DNA of 53,222 bases, filler included, from Sphacelaria rigidula (GCA_964200075.2; 4 parts of 4 records of this genome joined end to end with filler, not necessarily neighbours in it); one strand, 5' to 3'. Counted from the first letter of the whole stretch, positions 1 to 13,332 are shown. A program made the numbers and translations. Notes: generated from the sequence alone by a model not told the origin.

Positions 1-494
1 CACCGTCTATATAAAACCGCACCCCCCCAGAATCTCTCGCGGTTTCAAAGAGGGGTTATGCCCCGACACCCCCCCCCCCCCCCCCCACAAGAGTGGTTGG
101 TTCGAGGAGGCAAGATCTACATACGAATCATAATTACAAAAGCCGAGCACACCGAGCAGCTGTGAACTCTCATGCCTCGGACTGTTTCACCAATGTCGCT
201 CATATGAGGCGCTTCATCCTGTCTGAAACCAACCGCACGGGACGTGTGACCAATTTCTTGGGGACAGGTTTGGGGGGGGGGAGTCTACTGCGCCATCACT
301 CGGCAATGATACAGTATAGCTACAACCAAAAACTCATCTTCAGCACCGACCATGAACCCTACGGCGAAGTCAAGCTGGCGAAGGTATTTTGTGAAGCTCA
401 TCTGAAAGATGTCCCCGATTGAAACAACATTTAATACGGTTTTCCAGCTAATGTCCAGCAAGAATTGCGCGCTCATCTCACGTATCATAAATAC

Positions 495-3400
495 CTCCAT
501 CGCCTTCTTCAGCTGGTCGAGTTCTGGCTTCATGATCGCCATCCTCGCCGAGTTCCTTGCGGTCACGATTCCCAAGGGAAGCATCACCGCCCGGAACGAA
601 ACAGTGATTAAGGCAATGCTTGCCCAGTAGGGGAGACCGGTCGCGGTCGCCGTCAAGTCAATCAGCCGCATCGCGAGGTCGACGGGATACATACCTAGCT
701 CCGTCACCGCGGGCACCGACGCTTCTATTACAGGTTGCGCCTATGTATAAATTAAAAAACAAAACGGGTAAAAAGTAAGCAGCGTGCGTCGTTGAGAACC
801 CGTGCGCTCCACAATTCATGCACCGCCTTGATATAAACAAAGCGAACATCGAATGATCTTCTCTGCAAACCCTCGAGTGTACGTGAGGCACACACCATCA
901 CATCTGCGGGCTGCCCCGAATACACGAGAGCACGGGCCACGAAGCGTGAGGCCCATCAATCTACAGAGTTCGCGGCGCTAGTGTTTACCTCCTGGATGCT
1001 CGTCTTGAGATATAGTTGAGGCTTCATCGACCGTCCGGGTGCGAGTAGTGCACTACATACACGTGCATGTAATCGATCATGACATGCCACCAAGCACGAC
1101 GCCCATGGTGGACGAGCACAAAGTGATAGCCTCGAGAGATCTTGGATCTACAGTACCGAGAAGCTTTTCGAATATGCGCCAGCGTGGCAACACTTTCTAA
1201 AGCCCGAATATCTCAGCGGTCACGGAGCGACTGGCTACAGAAGGTGCGACAATCGACAGGTCTCGACAATACCTTCAAAAGGGCCGCGCGAAAAATTGGA
1301 GAGCTTAATGAGCGATAGGTGCACACCTCGAACAAGTCGGAGTCTTGGACTCGGGCGACAGGGGCACATTAGCACTGTTCTTGGCTTGATTTCTCAATTA
1401 CTCGTACGACTGTCGAGTCCGACGCGTCCTCATTGTCCTAAATAACTCATATGAATGGAGTCATACGAGTCTTCTATCAATGATTATTTTGACTGGACTC
1501 ACTATTTCCTACGCGGGGAAAAATATGTTTTGTACGAGCGAGAGAAATATATTTGATTCGGCGACTGACGTAAAGTTACTCGCGAGTAAATACTGAAAAT
1601 GAAAGAAGAAACCAACAGGGGTTATGAATGCTTGGAATGAATTTACCCATCGAGCGCCATACATCGCAGCGATTGTCAACCGATGCGCTGAGTGCCTGAG
1701 AAGCAGAAACATTAGCACACGCTCGGCCCGAACAGCCGATCTCCCTTGTTTGAGTACCGCGGGGTACAGCGCTTATACTGTACTGTTATGAGTAGGAATG
1801 GGGGCCCATTTTTGGTACTATTTTCCTGGAAAGTGCAAGCTGAACGCTATATGCGTCAGACGTGGTCCGTTATCCAACGAATCATATCAATGGAAAGTAC
1901 ACGCGTCACCTACAATTGACGATCTGGCTCATATGGAATAAACTATATTTCTAGTACATTTATTCAAGCCTGGGAGTGGTCGGTGTTGAGGTGATATTGT
2001 TCCTCCGGAAAGCTCCCTCCACATCAGTGGATAGACAATCTTGTTCCACTAGCCAGTGCCCTCCTTCTGTTTATAACACTCGACAACACGCCCCCGAGCT
2101 GTCACCCAACGTTTACCGTGATTGTGAAGATGACAAGGCAAGAACACGAACAGCAGCTGTTGTGGCCGCCACACACCAACGTAACTGCAGTGCAGCACAT
2201 GGCGGACCGCCATCAAAGCAAATGGCATGACATTGATAGATGCCAAAAAATATAATTTGGTCGAAGATGCAAGTTCGCGCAAATTGTATGGGTTTACATA
2301 TTATTTTCAGTATGTACAGGCAGTCACTTAAAACATCGTGGCTCTGCCGGCCTGGGCATACCTAGTGCGTAGTCTAAAATAAAAACCGAATTTCGCGCTT
2401 CGGCTTCTACGCTGGAACCCTCAGACACAACAACCGAAGTTCATGTGTGACCTCGCTCTCTGCAACTCAATACATGAAGGGTACTACTACTCGCTGTCGA
2501 AAGGCGAATTTGCCCTTTGTGCACAGCCGTACAGAACGAAGCAGCACCTGGTGGCACGCCACAAAGTGAAATGGTGTGACACACTGCTCGTCGCAATAAA
2601 AAAAACACGCAGCCCAAAACGAGACTTTTCGAACGTCGCGTAGTTTTGCATCTCATTTTTATATTATTAATAGTATAATACAGACAATCACAAAGTACAT
2701 GACTACAGTCGCCGGCAGATTTAAGGCAGTGGACATACTAAAATCGCTCTAGACGCCTTCACACGCGGCCATTCGGCCCCTCTTTGAAAATCCTCCGTCG
2801 TGACTTTCATCCTCCGGAGGGAAAAATACCCGCTGGTGGTCCATGATACCTCTGGAGTGGGCAGTAAACGAAGTCGTCGGAGGGCACATGATTCCCTCGT
2901 GAACACATAATTTTACTGAGGGTGCCTTGCCTCTGGGGAAATTTGGGGAAACAAAACTCTCTAGGGTGTAAATTTACCTCTGGAATTGACACTTGTGTCC
3001 TAACTGCCTCCAGGGCACTTTGGGACCCCAGCAATTTTGTGCAGTATAGACCATCACCCAAGATCTGTATCACCCGCTGTTGACAGATCGAACCATGCAA
3101 ACCCCACAGCATTTATTCCCGCAGCTATCACCACAACCCTGCAGCATAGAGCACGTGTTGGGCACAGGGATATAGATACACACTGCCGTGGTTGGGTATG
3201 ATGTATTTGTTGCTGGTGGAAATTTGAACAACTTCCTTCATGGTCGCGGCATCGCGCGGCGACGGAACCACGCGGGGTATGGGGTAGGGAATAACCGGCT
3301 TATTGCATACACACTCATCATGGACAGGGCGGGCAGCACAAAGCTCCACATTGTTCAAGCCCTCTTCACGTCGCACTGTATGTAGAGAACAGGTATAGTC

Positions 3401-6400
3401 CTGCGCTGTCTGTACTGTACTTTTCCTGCTTCCCTTTCTCGCTCAACTCACTGTGCTGCAGTTGTGCGCACATCCTGTAAGAACGCGCGTGTGAAGTGCA
3501 GTTCCTGACGGTGTATAATACCCCCGTATGTAAAAAAAGCTGCAGGGGTCCACAATGTATAGCCATACGCAGCGCATGTGCCGCGCTAACTCTGCAGTAT
3601 ATGGCACTGCACGTATACGCAAGGTATGGCACTGTCCTGGATGGTATTCTACAGTCTGTAGTCCTGTACAGTTTATTGGTGTGATTATATATCCCATAAA
3701 AGTACAGAATAAACCGCGATAAGATTTTTCGCGTTTTTAATCTAAAAATTATTTCGTGTGTTGTTTCGGTAGACATCGGACTACGGGGTTTTGATTACCC
3801 ATGTCTATCGATTTGCGAGTTATGTATCAACAATTCACGAGTACTACAGCTGCAGCTAAAGCTTGATGTTTCGGAGCACAGCCGTGTGGACAAACACTCG
3901 TAGACAGTGTATGGGATTGTATACAGCGAAGGCTGTCGGAGAACTCCAAGGGCATGTCGAGTAGAGTATGTGCCTTTGAGTACTCGAGTATTTACTTTAC
4001 TCAAATTTTGAGTAGGTTGAGTACGGCCTCTACTCAAATTTCGAGTAGATCGAGTACGACCCCAAATACTCTACTCAAATATTGAGTAACCACACTCAGT
4101 GATACTTGAGTATAAAGTATCACTTGGATATGGCCTAAATACTCTACTCAAAGTTTGAGCAGGTTGAGTACGACCTCAAATACTGTACTCAAAGTTTGGG
4201 TAGATTGGGTATGACCTCAAATACTCTACTCAATGTTTGGGTGGATTGGGTATGACCTCAAATACTCTACTCGAATTTGGAGTAGATCTAGTACGGCCTC
4301 AAGTTCTCTACCCAAATATGGAGTAAGCACTCTGTCATACTTGAGTATAATAGAGTATCACTTGAATAAGATCTCAATACTCTACTCAAATTTGAGTAGA
4401 TGAAGTATGATCTCAAATACTCTACTCAAAAATTGAGTAGGTTGAGTACGACCTCGATACTCAACTATTGAGTACTAGAAGTATGAGCCTTCGAAAATAC
4501 CGAGTATTGAATATACTCTACTTGACCTGCCCTTGAAGAATTCTATCCCCTTGCACAATTGATATACGAAATTACGGGGAAATACGATGAATATTCAACA
4601 ACTTCCTCTTCCTCTCCAATCTCATTCGCTGATTACGGTGGAGTATGTAGGACTTGGACAGCAGAGGCTGCTCGCAAATAAGTTTTTTTTTTGCCCAATT
4701 TCAAAATGAATTGGCGGGCAAAATGAGGATTTACTTCGAGCAGCTTCTGCTGTATACAAATCCCATCCGCCAATGTATATGGGATTTGTAGACCCCCTGC
4801 TGTTCAAATCCCGGATTTCCATAGCACGAGTGCCTTCAATAACAATCCAGAGGATTTCGATTTTGACAGAATCCCTCTAGAGGGGAACCTGATCCTCAGA
4901 GGACGCGATATCGTTGAAACTCCTCTAGAGGATTGCGAATGCCTGATATCCTCCGGAGGGGAGATTCAAAACGGGCGTCAGATGGGTTGACGTGTCCAAA
5001 ATTCACTACAGGGGAGCCGAATGGCCGCGCGTGTTGGCTTCTGCACTGGAGCCCTGACACAAAGCAGGCGCCAGCTTTGTCTTCCTTCTGTGAACTCTCC
5101 CTTCGTAATTCGACACTTGAAAGGATACTCGCCATTGAAAGTCGAAATTGCCCCGACAGCCGCACAGAACAAAGCAGCGCCTGGTGGCACGCAACCCAAC
5201 TGCATGTCGTCACAACTTGCTTGCGGCAAGAAAAACAATATGCGCACCGATTTTTAGGAATTTGCCATCTTCGACCTCGAAAGACGCTATTCTCAACTCA
5301 AAAGTGCCGATCGCGCAACGCTTATATCTCGGCAACGAAGCAAAGGATTGGACCGCGGTTTCTTGCGTGAGCTTCCCACACACCCAGGCTAGGTCACCTA
5401 TTATAGTTACATTTCTGCGTTTGCGCGTGATATCAAGTCGCAGAAAAACAAAATATACTGAAATGAAGTGTTTTCGGCTTCGGGGGGGGTTCTGGTCCGC
5501 TGTTGCGACTCAAGCTAAATGTGTAACTAGGTTCCTTAGCTGTTGTGTGTATGCGGGGGGCTGCGAAGTGCCGTGGGCCGGCTTGCTTCCTCAGTCAAGA
5601 GCCGCTCGATCTCCAGTGCTACAGCTTTCCCATACTGACCCAAGTTAGTAAGTGGTGCAGATTGTGCTCTGTTTGTGAGGGCCTCGGCACAGGTCCGACC
5701 ACCTACTGACATGTTCATTATTTCTCCGCGTTATTTTATTCTTCTAATTTCGTGTAGATTTTTGTTCGTAAAGGCCTCCATTCCTACGCGTAACAGTACG
5801 GTGCTGTCAGGATTCGCATCGTTTTACAATACTATCAGATATTTCTGAGTGACATGTACAACTCTCGAGTGACCCCCATCCTTTTTTTCTCGTAAAATTT
5901 CATACCTCGAGCCATGTCGTCCTCACTTTTTGGCATAGCCCGTAAGACGCAAGGTTACCACAAGTCATGGTCCGTTCAACGTGTGAAATAAAATTCCAAG
6001 TCGGGAGGATCGCGCGTTCTGCGCCGGGGCGACTACATTTACGTTGTAAGCATCACTGGACTATCGCGGAAGTGCAGTAGCTGCTGCCAAAGCTGTGCAT
6101 TACAGCGAGACTACACCTCTCCATTGCCGGCCGTGGTGTGCATGGTGCCTTTTGATTGTACACAAAGGCACAAAAGGGATACTTCACATTGAACTGCTAC
6201 ATGCACGGCGTGCGCACGAAGATGTTGTCGTACATCGTACACCGAAGGATGACCGCGGTACTGAACGCGTAATGTAGTAATGTATACCCGTAGCCGCCGA
6301 ACAGCGACACAAGCATACAGCAGGTCACATTAGTACCACACCTAAACAGCAAGGACCTACAGCTGAGGAATAGCTCGTGTCAAAACCTGTTGGGCATTCT

Positions 6401-6875
6401 CCACAGCCGACGACGCAGCATTTGTTTTAGCGACAGAATCTGCCGCCGTCCCGGCAGCCAGCACCTCTCCTCCCTCAGCCGCCTTGCCTGTTGCTGCTGT
6501 AGACATCGCTCGCGATCCATGAGCAGCTACAGCGCAGCTCGACAAAGCAAAACCAGCGGGAGATGGCAACCGCGACGAATTCCACTGCAAAAAAGACGGC
6601 GATGATGGGTAAGCGCATGTTCCTCCCGCCTCTCCTCGCCTCCGCTGCGTTACGGTGGAAACATCAGCAGCTGTACCACCGGTGCCCGTCGGTGAGGGGC
6701 CGCCAGCGCTGGGCGCAGGTTGGGAGCTACTATTTTGGCGTGCATCACCATTGCTGTTGCTGGGCACGCAAGAGGTAGGAGTGCGAGCAAAGTCGGTAAG
6801 AGTTGCACTCGCTGAAAATTCTCCCCGTTGGAGGCGTAGGAATCGTCCTGCGACCGACTGGCCGACTCGAAGCAT
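495..6875 (-). CDS. OXA1: Mitochondrial inner-membrane insertase Oxa1/YidC/Alb3 family, 5' part (exons 6875-6387 and 740-495; gene continues off the left edge)
   Basis: Exon 1 encodes an Arg/Ser/Ala-rich presequence (MLRVGQSVAGRFLRLQR...) and ends CAG|GTTTTG in phase 0. Exon 2 starts ATAG|GCG and ends GAG|GTATTT. It encodes GMYPVDLAMRLID..TGLPYWASIALITVSFRAVMLPLGIVTARNSARMAIMKPELDQLK, the typical first TM plus coiled-coil of Oxa1/YidC. The paralog Cox18/Oxa2 cannot be fully excluded. Confidence 0.88.
2760..5033. mobile_element. Non-autonomous CMC/CACTA(EnSpm)-like DNA transposon in the OXA1 intron
   Basis: Terminal inverted repeats CACACGCGGCCATTCGGCCCC (2760) and GGAGCCGAATGGCCGCGCGTG (5033) with CAC..GTG ends and a TT dinucleotide on both flanks. 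Many subterminal palindromes CCTC(T/C)(A/G)GAGG lie near both ends (2808-2990, 4870-4960). Confidence 0.7.
3947..4535. mobile_element. hAT-like MITE filled with a ~41-bp palindromic tandem array
   Basis: TIR CAAGGGCATGTCGAGTAGAGTAT against the reverse complement of ATACTCTACTTGACCTGCCCTTG (21/23 match). Flanks GAGAACTC and AAGAATTC resemble a decayed 8-bp TSD. The interior consists of AAATACTCTACTCAAAGTTTGAGTAGGTTGAGTACGACCTC-type units. Confidence 0.75.
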
Positions 6876-7481
6876 TGGTGCAGCTTGGCTGTTCTATTGT
6901 GCGCGGCGGGACTGTGGGATTTGAGGCTCCCAGGTTGATGAGTATGACGATACACACCATAAATTTGGAGTATGCTCCAACATTTTTGTACAGTTGACTT
7001 TTGAATTTCTGCACCCGCCTCAGTCGGCTCAGAGCAGTAAATTCCAACGTGTCACAGCAGCTTCAAGGGCTACCAACTGCGAATAAAGATGTGAGTACAG
7101 ACGTAAACATACTTTATTGACTCACCCCTGCACAAGGTGACCTGCGTTGTCCACTGACCGTTGGCAGTTTTACACAATAGGACGGTAGCACAGTACGGTA
7201 CACGTTTGGTGGTCGTGTACCGGCTGCATGGATACGTTTATTTTACAGTGTCTGTACTACTGTAGTAAAACAGGTGAAAAAATAGCGGGAAATCTAAGGG
7301 AAGGCGCGCACGGCAATGCCTGCATCATGATCGCAGCACCTACAACGCCGCAGCCGCAGCGGAGTGTTTTGGGCACGTAGCGTCCTCCGACAGTTGTTCT
7401 TTCCGTTCGGGCAAGCTTCTGCCCTTGCTGGTGCTAGTGCTGGTGCTACTGCTCTTGCTGCTGTACTTGCAGACGACAGAG
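6876..7481. promoter_or_regulatory. Probable shared (bidirectional) promoter/5'UTR region between OXA1 and the divergent hypothetical gene
   Basis: Head-to-head start codons about 600 bp apart. A possible 5'UTR intron lies on + (donor GTGAGT 7091, acceptor TTGCAG 7472). Inferred from geometry only. Confidence 0.4.
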
Positions 7482-10400
7482 ATGCGCACAACCCCAAAAA
7501 CGACAGTACAGAAGTACAGTCGGTACGGTCAAGAGACTGTCACGTCAAATCCTGAAACGTTTTCCCGCGTCCGACGTGTCTTGGTATATGTGATATATAT
7601 GTGGGATCCAACTTTCCCTGGCAGGACGGAGCTCCATGGATACTCTGTCTTGGAGCAGAACGTGAGCTTTGTGGTGAACCAAGTGAGTGATCATTTCAAG
7701 GATGGGAGAAACAGCTGAAGGGGGTAGTCGACTGTCTTAGTATCCTGGGCGTGAGCTGACGGTGTCGTGCTTTCGGTGCTCTTGGAATTTTTGCTCTTCC
7801 CTTTGCACAGAACATCGTATCTTGAAAACATGAATATCCATCCGTCCGACTTACCGACCACACTGTACCGTACCGTCTGTAGCAGTGCTATGCTTATGTA
7901 GCGCGTTCTCACAGCCAGCTCGAAATGATGATACAGTGCCGCATGATAGCACACGTATACGGGGTAGAGTAGTCAGATGCAGTCGCGACGCGTTGATAGC
8001 TGTGGAGTTATCGAAGTAGCACGCGGCAGTCTGTACCTGTGTGCAGTAGTAAAAGAGCATGGCGACCTAACGGTCGTGGACCTCTGGGTACCAACTGTAG
8101 CTGTGGTGGGGGTACAACTGCCATATTGAATGTGTACCAACGTAGAGCACAGCCATGCGACGTTGAGGACGAACCTGGCGGGAAAACCGGTATAGGTCGC
8201 TCACAAGAGCGGAAGGGGTGGGAAAGGGGAAGCATCCAAGCCTCTCAGAATCTAGGGTGGTTGGTTGTCCTTGACTACATCAGTAGTACTGGTGTCCTGT
8301 ACTGTCTGTACAAGTCCACACTGTCTGTACAAGTTCACAACTTATCCAAGGAAGTAACGAGCATGGACCCCGATTCCCGTGTGTTTCTGCATCGAAAATG
8401 CAGAGATTGCTGCGTACCGAAGGTAGAGAAACACCCGGAATGAGTGTTCCAACGTGAATTTTCGTCGAATACTGTGGCGGGTACGCCGCCGAGAGCTTTG
8501 TGGATAGAAAGAGACTTGATCAGGATCTCGATTCATGGGGTATCTCGGCATGTGCGAGATTTTGATTCTTGGGATAACGACGGTTTGAAAACCCCATCAC
8601 GCGGGGGGGAAGGGGGCGGGGGATTATTCTCCGCCACCTGCGGCACCCAACACACTCGAGACCGAACAGTAGACGAGTAGAGCTCTGGTCTTGAGCGAAC
8701 GAGTAGACCTTTGGTCATTCGCGCGTTTGAGATGTCTGCTAAATATTGTCCAGCACAGCTGCACGCGCCTCATGAAAATGACGACGACCTTTTAATTCGC
8801 CGATACGATCGTAAGAAGAAAGGCGCGCCGTTGTACGTCTAGTGCTGAATTTCCTGCGATGACAGTCGCCAACATTGGGGTGCACTAGACTGATGTTTTG
8901 ATGCCTCAGTGACATTTTTCACAAACGAGCGTCCAGCAGTCAATCAGCGGTGTTGTACGTCGTCGTTATATCTCAAGATGAAGTCGTTGCATTTTTTGTT
9001 ATAACGTACCACTGGGCGCCCCCGGTGGTTTCATGGTCCGACTGTCACCATAATCGTGGAGGAAACTTGGATTCGATCCCGATGCGTTGGTTTTTCGTCC
9101 TCCAAGTATCTGATTTCCACCTTCGAAAGCGTGAGAACGTGAGTAATCAAAATGTAGCTGAAGGGGTTGGCTTGACGAGAGTTGACGCAGTACGGGAGTG
9201 TTTACTCAATCGGCCGAAGCACCAAACTGCAAAGTACGGGGGGGAGATGAGTCGATCCCTTGAGACTTGGAACCGGGGACTCGTCCCGTGGAGGGGGGCG
9301 TACTCATTTGCTGCTTGCCTTCGTCGTTTGACCATTGACCACGCATCCCTTTCGAGACGGAGCACCCCGACCCGGAGGAGCGGGGGGGAGGGAGGTTTAA
9401 AGTGTGACGAGAACAAAGAAGGAAGGACGTACGTTGCGCGAGTGTGTTACCCGCGCCCCCCTTTGTCGCGTTAATGCTGTTCGTTTCTCACGTTCTCTCC
9501 CCCCTTCCCCTTCACCCTCTCCTCGTTCCACGGTGTGAAATAATTTCAGGGCCATCAGCAAGGCAATTTTTCAACTGTGGGGAATGAGGGCTTGGCACCG
9601 CGTCGTGTTGCTGAGGTAAGGCGTACCATCCATGAACGTTCCCGCCAGTTCTTGGAGACGGCTACTGGTGAACGCAAATGTTGTGTTGCTTGTGCGGCTC
9701 ACTTGAATATAGAAGGTACTTTTTCGCTAGGAGTCCGCCCCCCCCCCCTACCATCTGAGCTACTGCGGGTCCTTCCGACGGCCTGTCTCTCTCTCTTACG
9801 CTTTCAGCTGCACTGAATATTCGCACGTGGCAGATGATCTGTTATGGTCAGAGCGTTTCACGTCGACGTGTCGTTGCTCCTCGATTTTATCACAACACCA
9901 CGCCAACCGTGTGCTGGTGCGTGTTGCGCTGCAGTCACGGGGAATCGTCAACAACAATCTAGCACAGCTCTTCGGTTGCGTCCGTATCCTGGAAATAAAT
10001 TCTGATGTGCTTCTCCTATTGTCTCATGTTTGCTTTCGACGAACGCTCACACACGAAGCAGGCTCGCGAGGAGAAAGTGCCAAGCTCGGGGGAGAGCAGC
10101 CCCGTGCGTCCCACTCTCGCGCAGAGTATAGTATTCGGGAGGAGCGGCGTTGAAGAAACGAACAACTGGGCCACGTTCCAGCGCCCTTCGTTTCGTGTGG
10201 CTCACACCTTCGTGTTGAAGCCTCGCATGTCGCAGCAGGAAGTGGATGCAGTTAAGGCTGTGTGCAAGATCATTTCGCAACCACCGGACCCGACCGCGGT
10301 AAGCTACTGATTGATATTGTAGTTCGACATACTGTTTCCGAAGCGCGTCGTACTATAAACAAGCAGCGTTTACAGGCTGGCCTCACCTCTTTACTACCCG

Positions 10401-11590
10401 AAGAAGTGTCTCGGGGCAAATAAGAGTACGTACAGCAGCAAGGAGTAACACGACATCGAGATTGGGTGCCCTGTTCCCCTACAACCGCGTAGCAAACCTG
10501 GAGGACGCCCCGCGCCCTGATTGTTCATCTAAGCACTTCGATCATGTCACACTGTCCTGGGACCCCGAATACGGCCTAGTGGCGGTAACTGTTATTTTCG
10601 TCACTACCCACAGCTGTTTCGCTGTTGTACCTTGGCAGTGCAGGCGCTCCATTTTGCCGCGTCTTGACTTTTCGAACGCAGGTTGTTACCATCGGTAGCA
10701 TGCTGTAGTATTATAGCACAGTAATGTCGAGCCTGGGCGAAACAATCGACAACAGGTGGGGGTTCAGTCTTCGCGCTTGACGGTGGTAGCTGTGATGCAC
10801 GTTTTTACCCGTTTTTTACGGACCATGTGAGTGGCCCATATCGACACACCAAGTAAAATCGAAGGTCTCACTCGCGAGTAGCATGGTAGCTGGTCATGAT
10901 GGATCTCGCCCCCCCTTACGTGTGTCTCTGTAGTTATCGACACTTCCAAGTTTTCATACCAGCAGGAAATGAAGAAAAAAGTACAGTATACCTACCACTA
11001 ACCCACTTTTCCCCACCACCTTGACTGGACGTCCCGGTAGTGAGTATCCCGCACGTCTTGGATGAATTCAGTTGTACCCTCGTGTTGAGCTCACGTAGCA
11101 ATCTGCTTTTCGTGCTTGTCTACATCGAACTCGTCGTCATGCTGATCTATCCGCTCTCATGTATTCATCTCCGTGAATAAAGCTTTCCTTTTATTCGAGT
11201 ACTGGCACGACAAAAAAAAACGCGTTCGTTTTTGCTTCTCTCAATCCCAAACCCCTGCCGCACCGCCGAAGTGTTTATACACGGCATGATTGATTCTTAT
11301 TTGGCTTCCCTCCCCGTACACTACATGCACCCTTACGCGCTGGACCCCCCTCCCCCCACCCCCCTTGCCTGGGTGTACAGGATATGGACGACGAGGCCTT
11401 TGACAGTGAGATAGCCGAAGCTAGTATGGGCATCTCCAAGCTACACATGCGCGACGCCGAAAACAGAGCACCACCCATGTCGCTGGGGGAGAAGAGGAAT
11501 CGGGGCACGGCCGCGAGCGCTCACCTGGCACGCGCTGATGGTGGGAACAAGGCAGCTTTAGCTCTCCTGCCCCTTCACTTCCAACGCTGA
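7482..11590 (+). CDS. Hypothetical protein, about 162 aa, 6 exons: 7482-7522, 7625-7661, 8351-8422, 9550-9615, 10236-10298, 11381-11590
   Basis: Every internal junction has AG/GT (GTACGG, GTGAGC, GTAGAG, GTAAGG, GTAAGC) and the phases chain (2,0,0,0,0) into one open frame: MRTTPKTTVQKYSRTELHGYSVLEQNEVTSMDPDSRVFLHRKCRDCCVPKGHQQGNFSTVGNEGLAPRRVAEQEVDAVKAVCKIISQPPDPTADMDDEAFDSEIAEASMG...FQR*. No family recognised. Confidence 0.6.
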
Positions 11591-13232
11591 CCTGTTACTT
11601 GCATCTTGCCCTTTCGTTTTATGTTATGATCATCACAGAGCGCGTGAACGTGCGGGTTACGCCCAGGAGGGAGGGAGGGTGGAGGGTAATTGATGGGGTT
11701 GCATGCGAATGCTCTAGCAAGTAGTGTGTGTGGGTGGGTGGGCGGGTGTGGGTGTGTGGTGTGTTGACGAGGTCAGTCCTACGTATACCAGGGACGGGGG
11801 GGGGGGTTGAGCGGGGGAGGTATCGATCGGTCTTTGGTGTGTCCGAGTGAGTTATCATGTGCTCGCTTTTGGGGGAAGCACGATTTTTTTTCGCGTTCGA
11901 GATGTTGATTCGACAAAATTAATTTGCTGTAGGCACACGCGGGCAGACACAGTCTGGGTAGAGATGTTTGTGGTGAAGATACTTCGGGCGTGAAACTAGT
12001 GTTGGGTACACGTGTATAGCAGGTTAGGGTTGAGGTACTTCCGTATCTGGATGACTTTTCAGATCGCACGTGCGGGGTGCGGATGGGCAATGGTTGGACT
12101 CTTGCGTGTCTTTACCTTTTTCGTTTGTGAGGGAAGCCACGCATACACACGGTCGTGATTGCGCGATAGAATGCATAGCTGGTGTGGTGGTCGGGGAGAC
12201 GGGGCGGGTGGGAGGGTCTCGAAGAAATAACCCCGTGCGGATCGGGGTTGTGCCAGCAGTATATCGCGAAACGCAGATTAATTTGATTACACTCCTTTCC
12301 AGTGTGCGTTTAAGATGAGCAGCAGGGGCTAGCATAGCACGTGGACGTTACAGAGCCAAGAAATGGCTGCGAGGGAGGTGAATACGTTGGTTGATTCCTT
12401 TTCTGCGATTGTCGGTTCTTCCCCGATATATACCCTTTCTAGCCCGTGCCGGCATGGTGCAGGCGTCAAGGCGTCATTTCTTGCAAATTGTAGCGACTTA
12501 CCAACATATTTGAAATATACCTGAGGAGAGGAGAACTAGGTGGGAATTAAAGGGGGAAGGGTGGACGAAAAATATGCCTTCTTGCATTCCACAAAGCGAG
12601 TGGTGTTTCGTTTAGCCGTTTGGCGGAAAGAGGGTTCGGGGAGGGGCGGCAGGATGATCGGAATGCTCGAGTGGCTTTGGCGTACATGGATTTTATTTCA
12701 TATCATGGATGGCTGAAGTGGGACAACAGTTGTACTCTAGGTGCGGACATTTCGATTTCCGTTCTCAATGACGATTTGCGAGGGAATGAGGAGGAAAGGG
12801 CATGCTCAAGTGGATTCGGCATACCCTGATTTATTCATGTCTTGTGACTGTAGCTGATTCGGAGTACTCGTATCATTCTTGGGTCTAGCATAGCAAGGAC
12901 ATAATCGTGTTCGTTTTGCGATTTTGATCCCAAGGGCAGAGGGGGGGGAGGGGGTGAGAGTATATTGGGTGGGGTGAACATCGCGCAACGAGATTTGACT
13001 ATTCGCACCGTTGTGGCCGTGTCTGGGGAAATGCAGACGATGAGTAGGGCGTGGGTACGTACGGGTGTGAGAGAGCACACTGAACTTTACTGCCTGCTGT
13101 AGCTCTTTCATGCTGTGTTGCATCCATGTTGTGTGCGTTTTTTTTTTTTTTTTTTGTCTTGTTCTTTTGTATTTTTATCTATGATTCTAGTTTCTCAAGC
13201 GTTTGGTAATCGTCGTTCGATGTCACACAAGG

Positions 13233-13332
13233 NNNNNNNNNNNNNNNNNNNNNNNNNNNNNNNNNNNNNNNNNNNNTTAATTAATTAANNNNNNNNNNNN
13301 NNNNNNNNNNNNNNNNNNNNNNNNNNNNNNNN
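13233..13332. other. Artificial contig-joining spacer
   Basis: 100 nt of N with a central TTAATTAATTAA (stops in all six frames). Confidence 0.98.

Larger units (their letters stand above)
2340..5300 (+). repeat. Two diverged copies of an older intronic repeat (about 2340-2650, and 2705-2759 + 5034-5300); the second copy is split by the CACTA-like element
   Basis: Shared blocks such as GAAAG(G/T)CGAA(T/A)TTGCCC...CAGCCG(T/C)ACAGAAC(G/A)AAGCAGC(A/G)CCTGGTGGCACGC at about 2500-2560 and 5137-5192, and GGCTTCT..CTGGA.CCCT at about 2402 and 5036. Confidence 0.6.

Noticed and set aside
1281-1729. Possible PIF/Harbinger MITE (GGGCCGCGCG ... CGCTCGGCCC)
   Set aside because: Only about 10 bp of terminal match and no convincing 3-bp TSD.
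3960-4520. CRISPR-like array of palindromic repeats
   Set aside because: The sequences between palindromes are themselves repeated rather than unique spacers. The array is bounded by TIRs inside a eukaryotic intron and no cas genes are present.
13277-13288. TTAATTAATTAA motif recurring every ~13.3 kb
   Set aside because: Synthetic six-frame-stop linker embedded in N runs.
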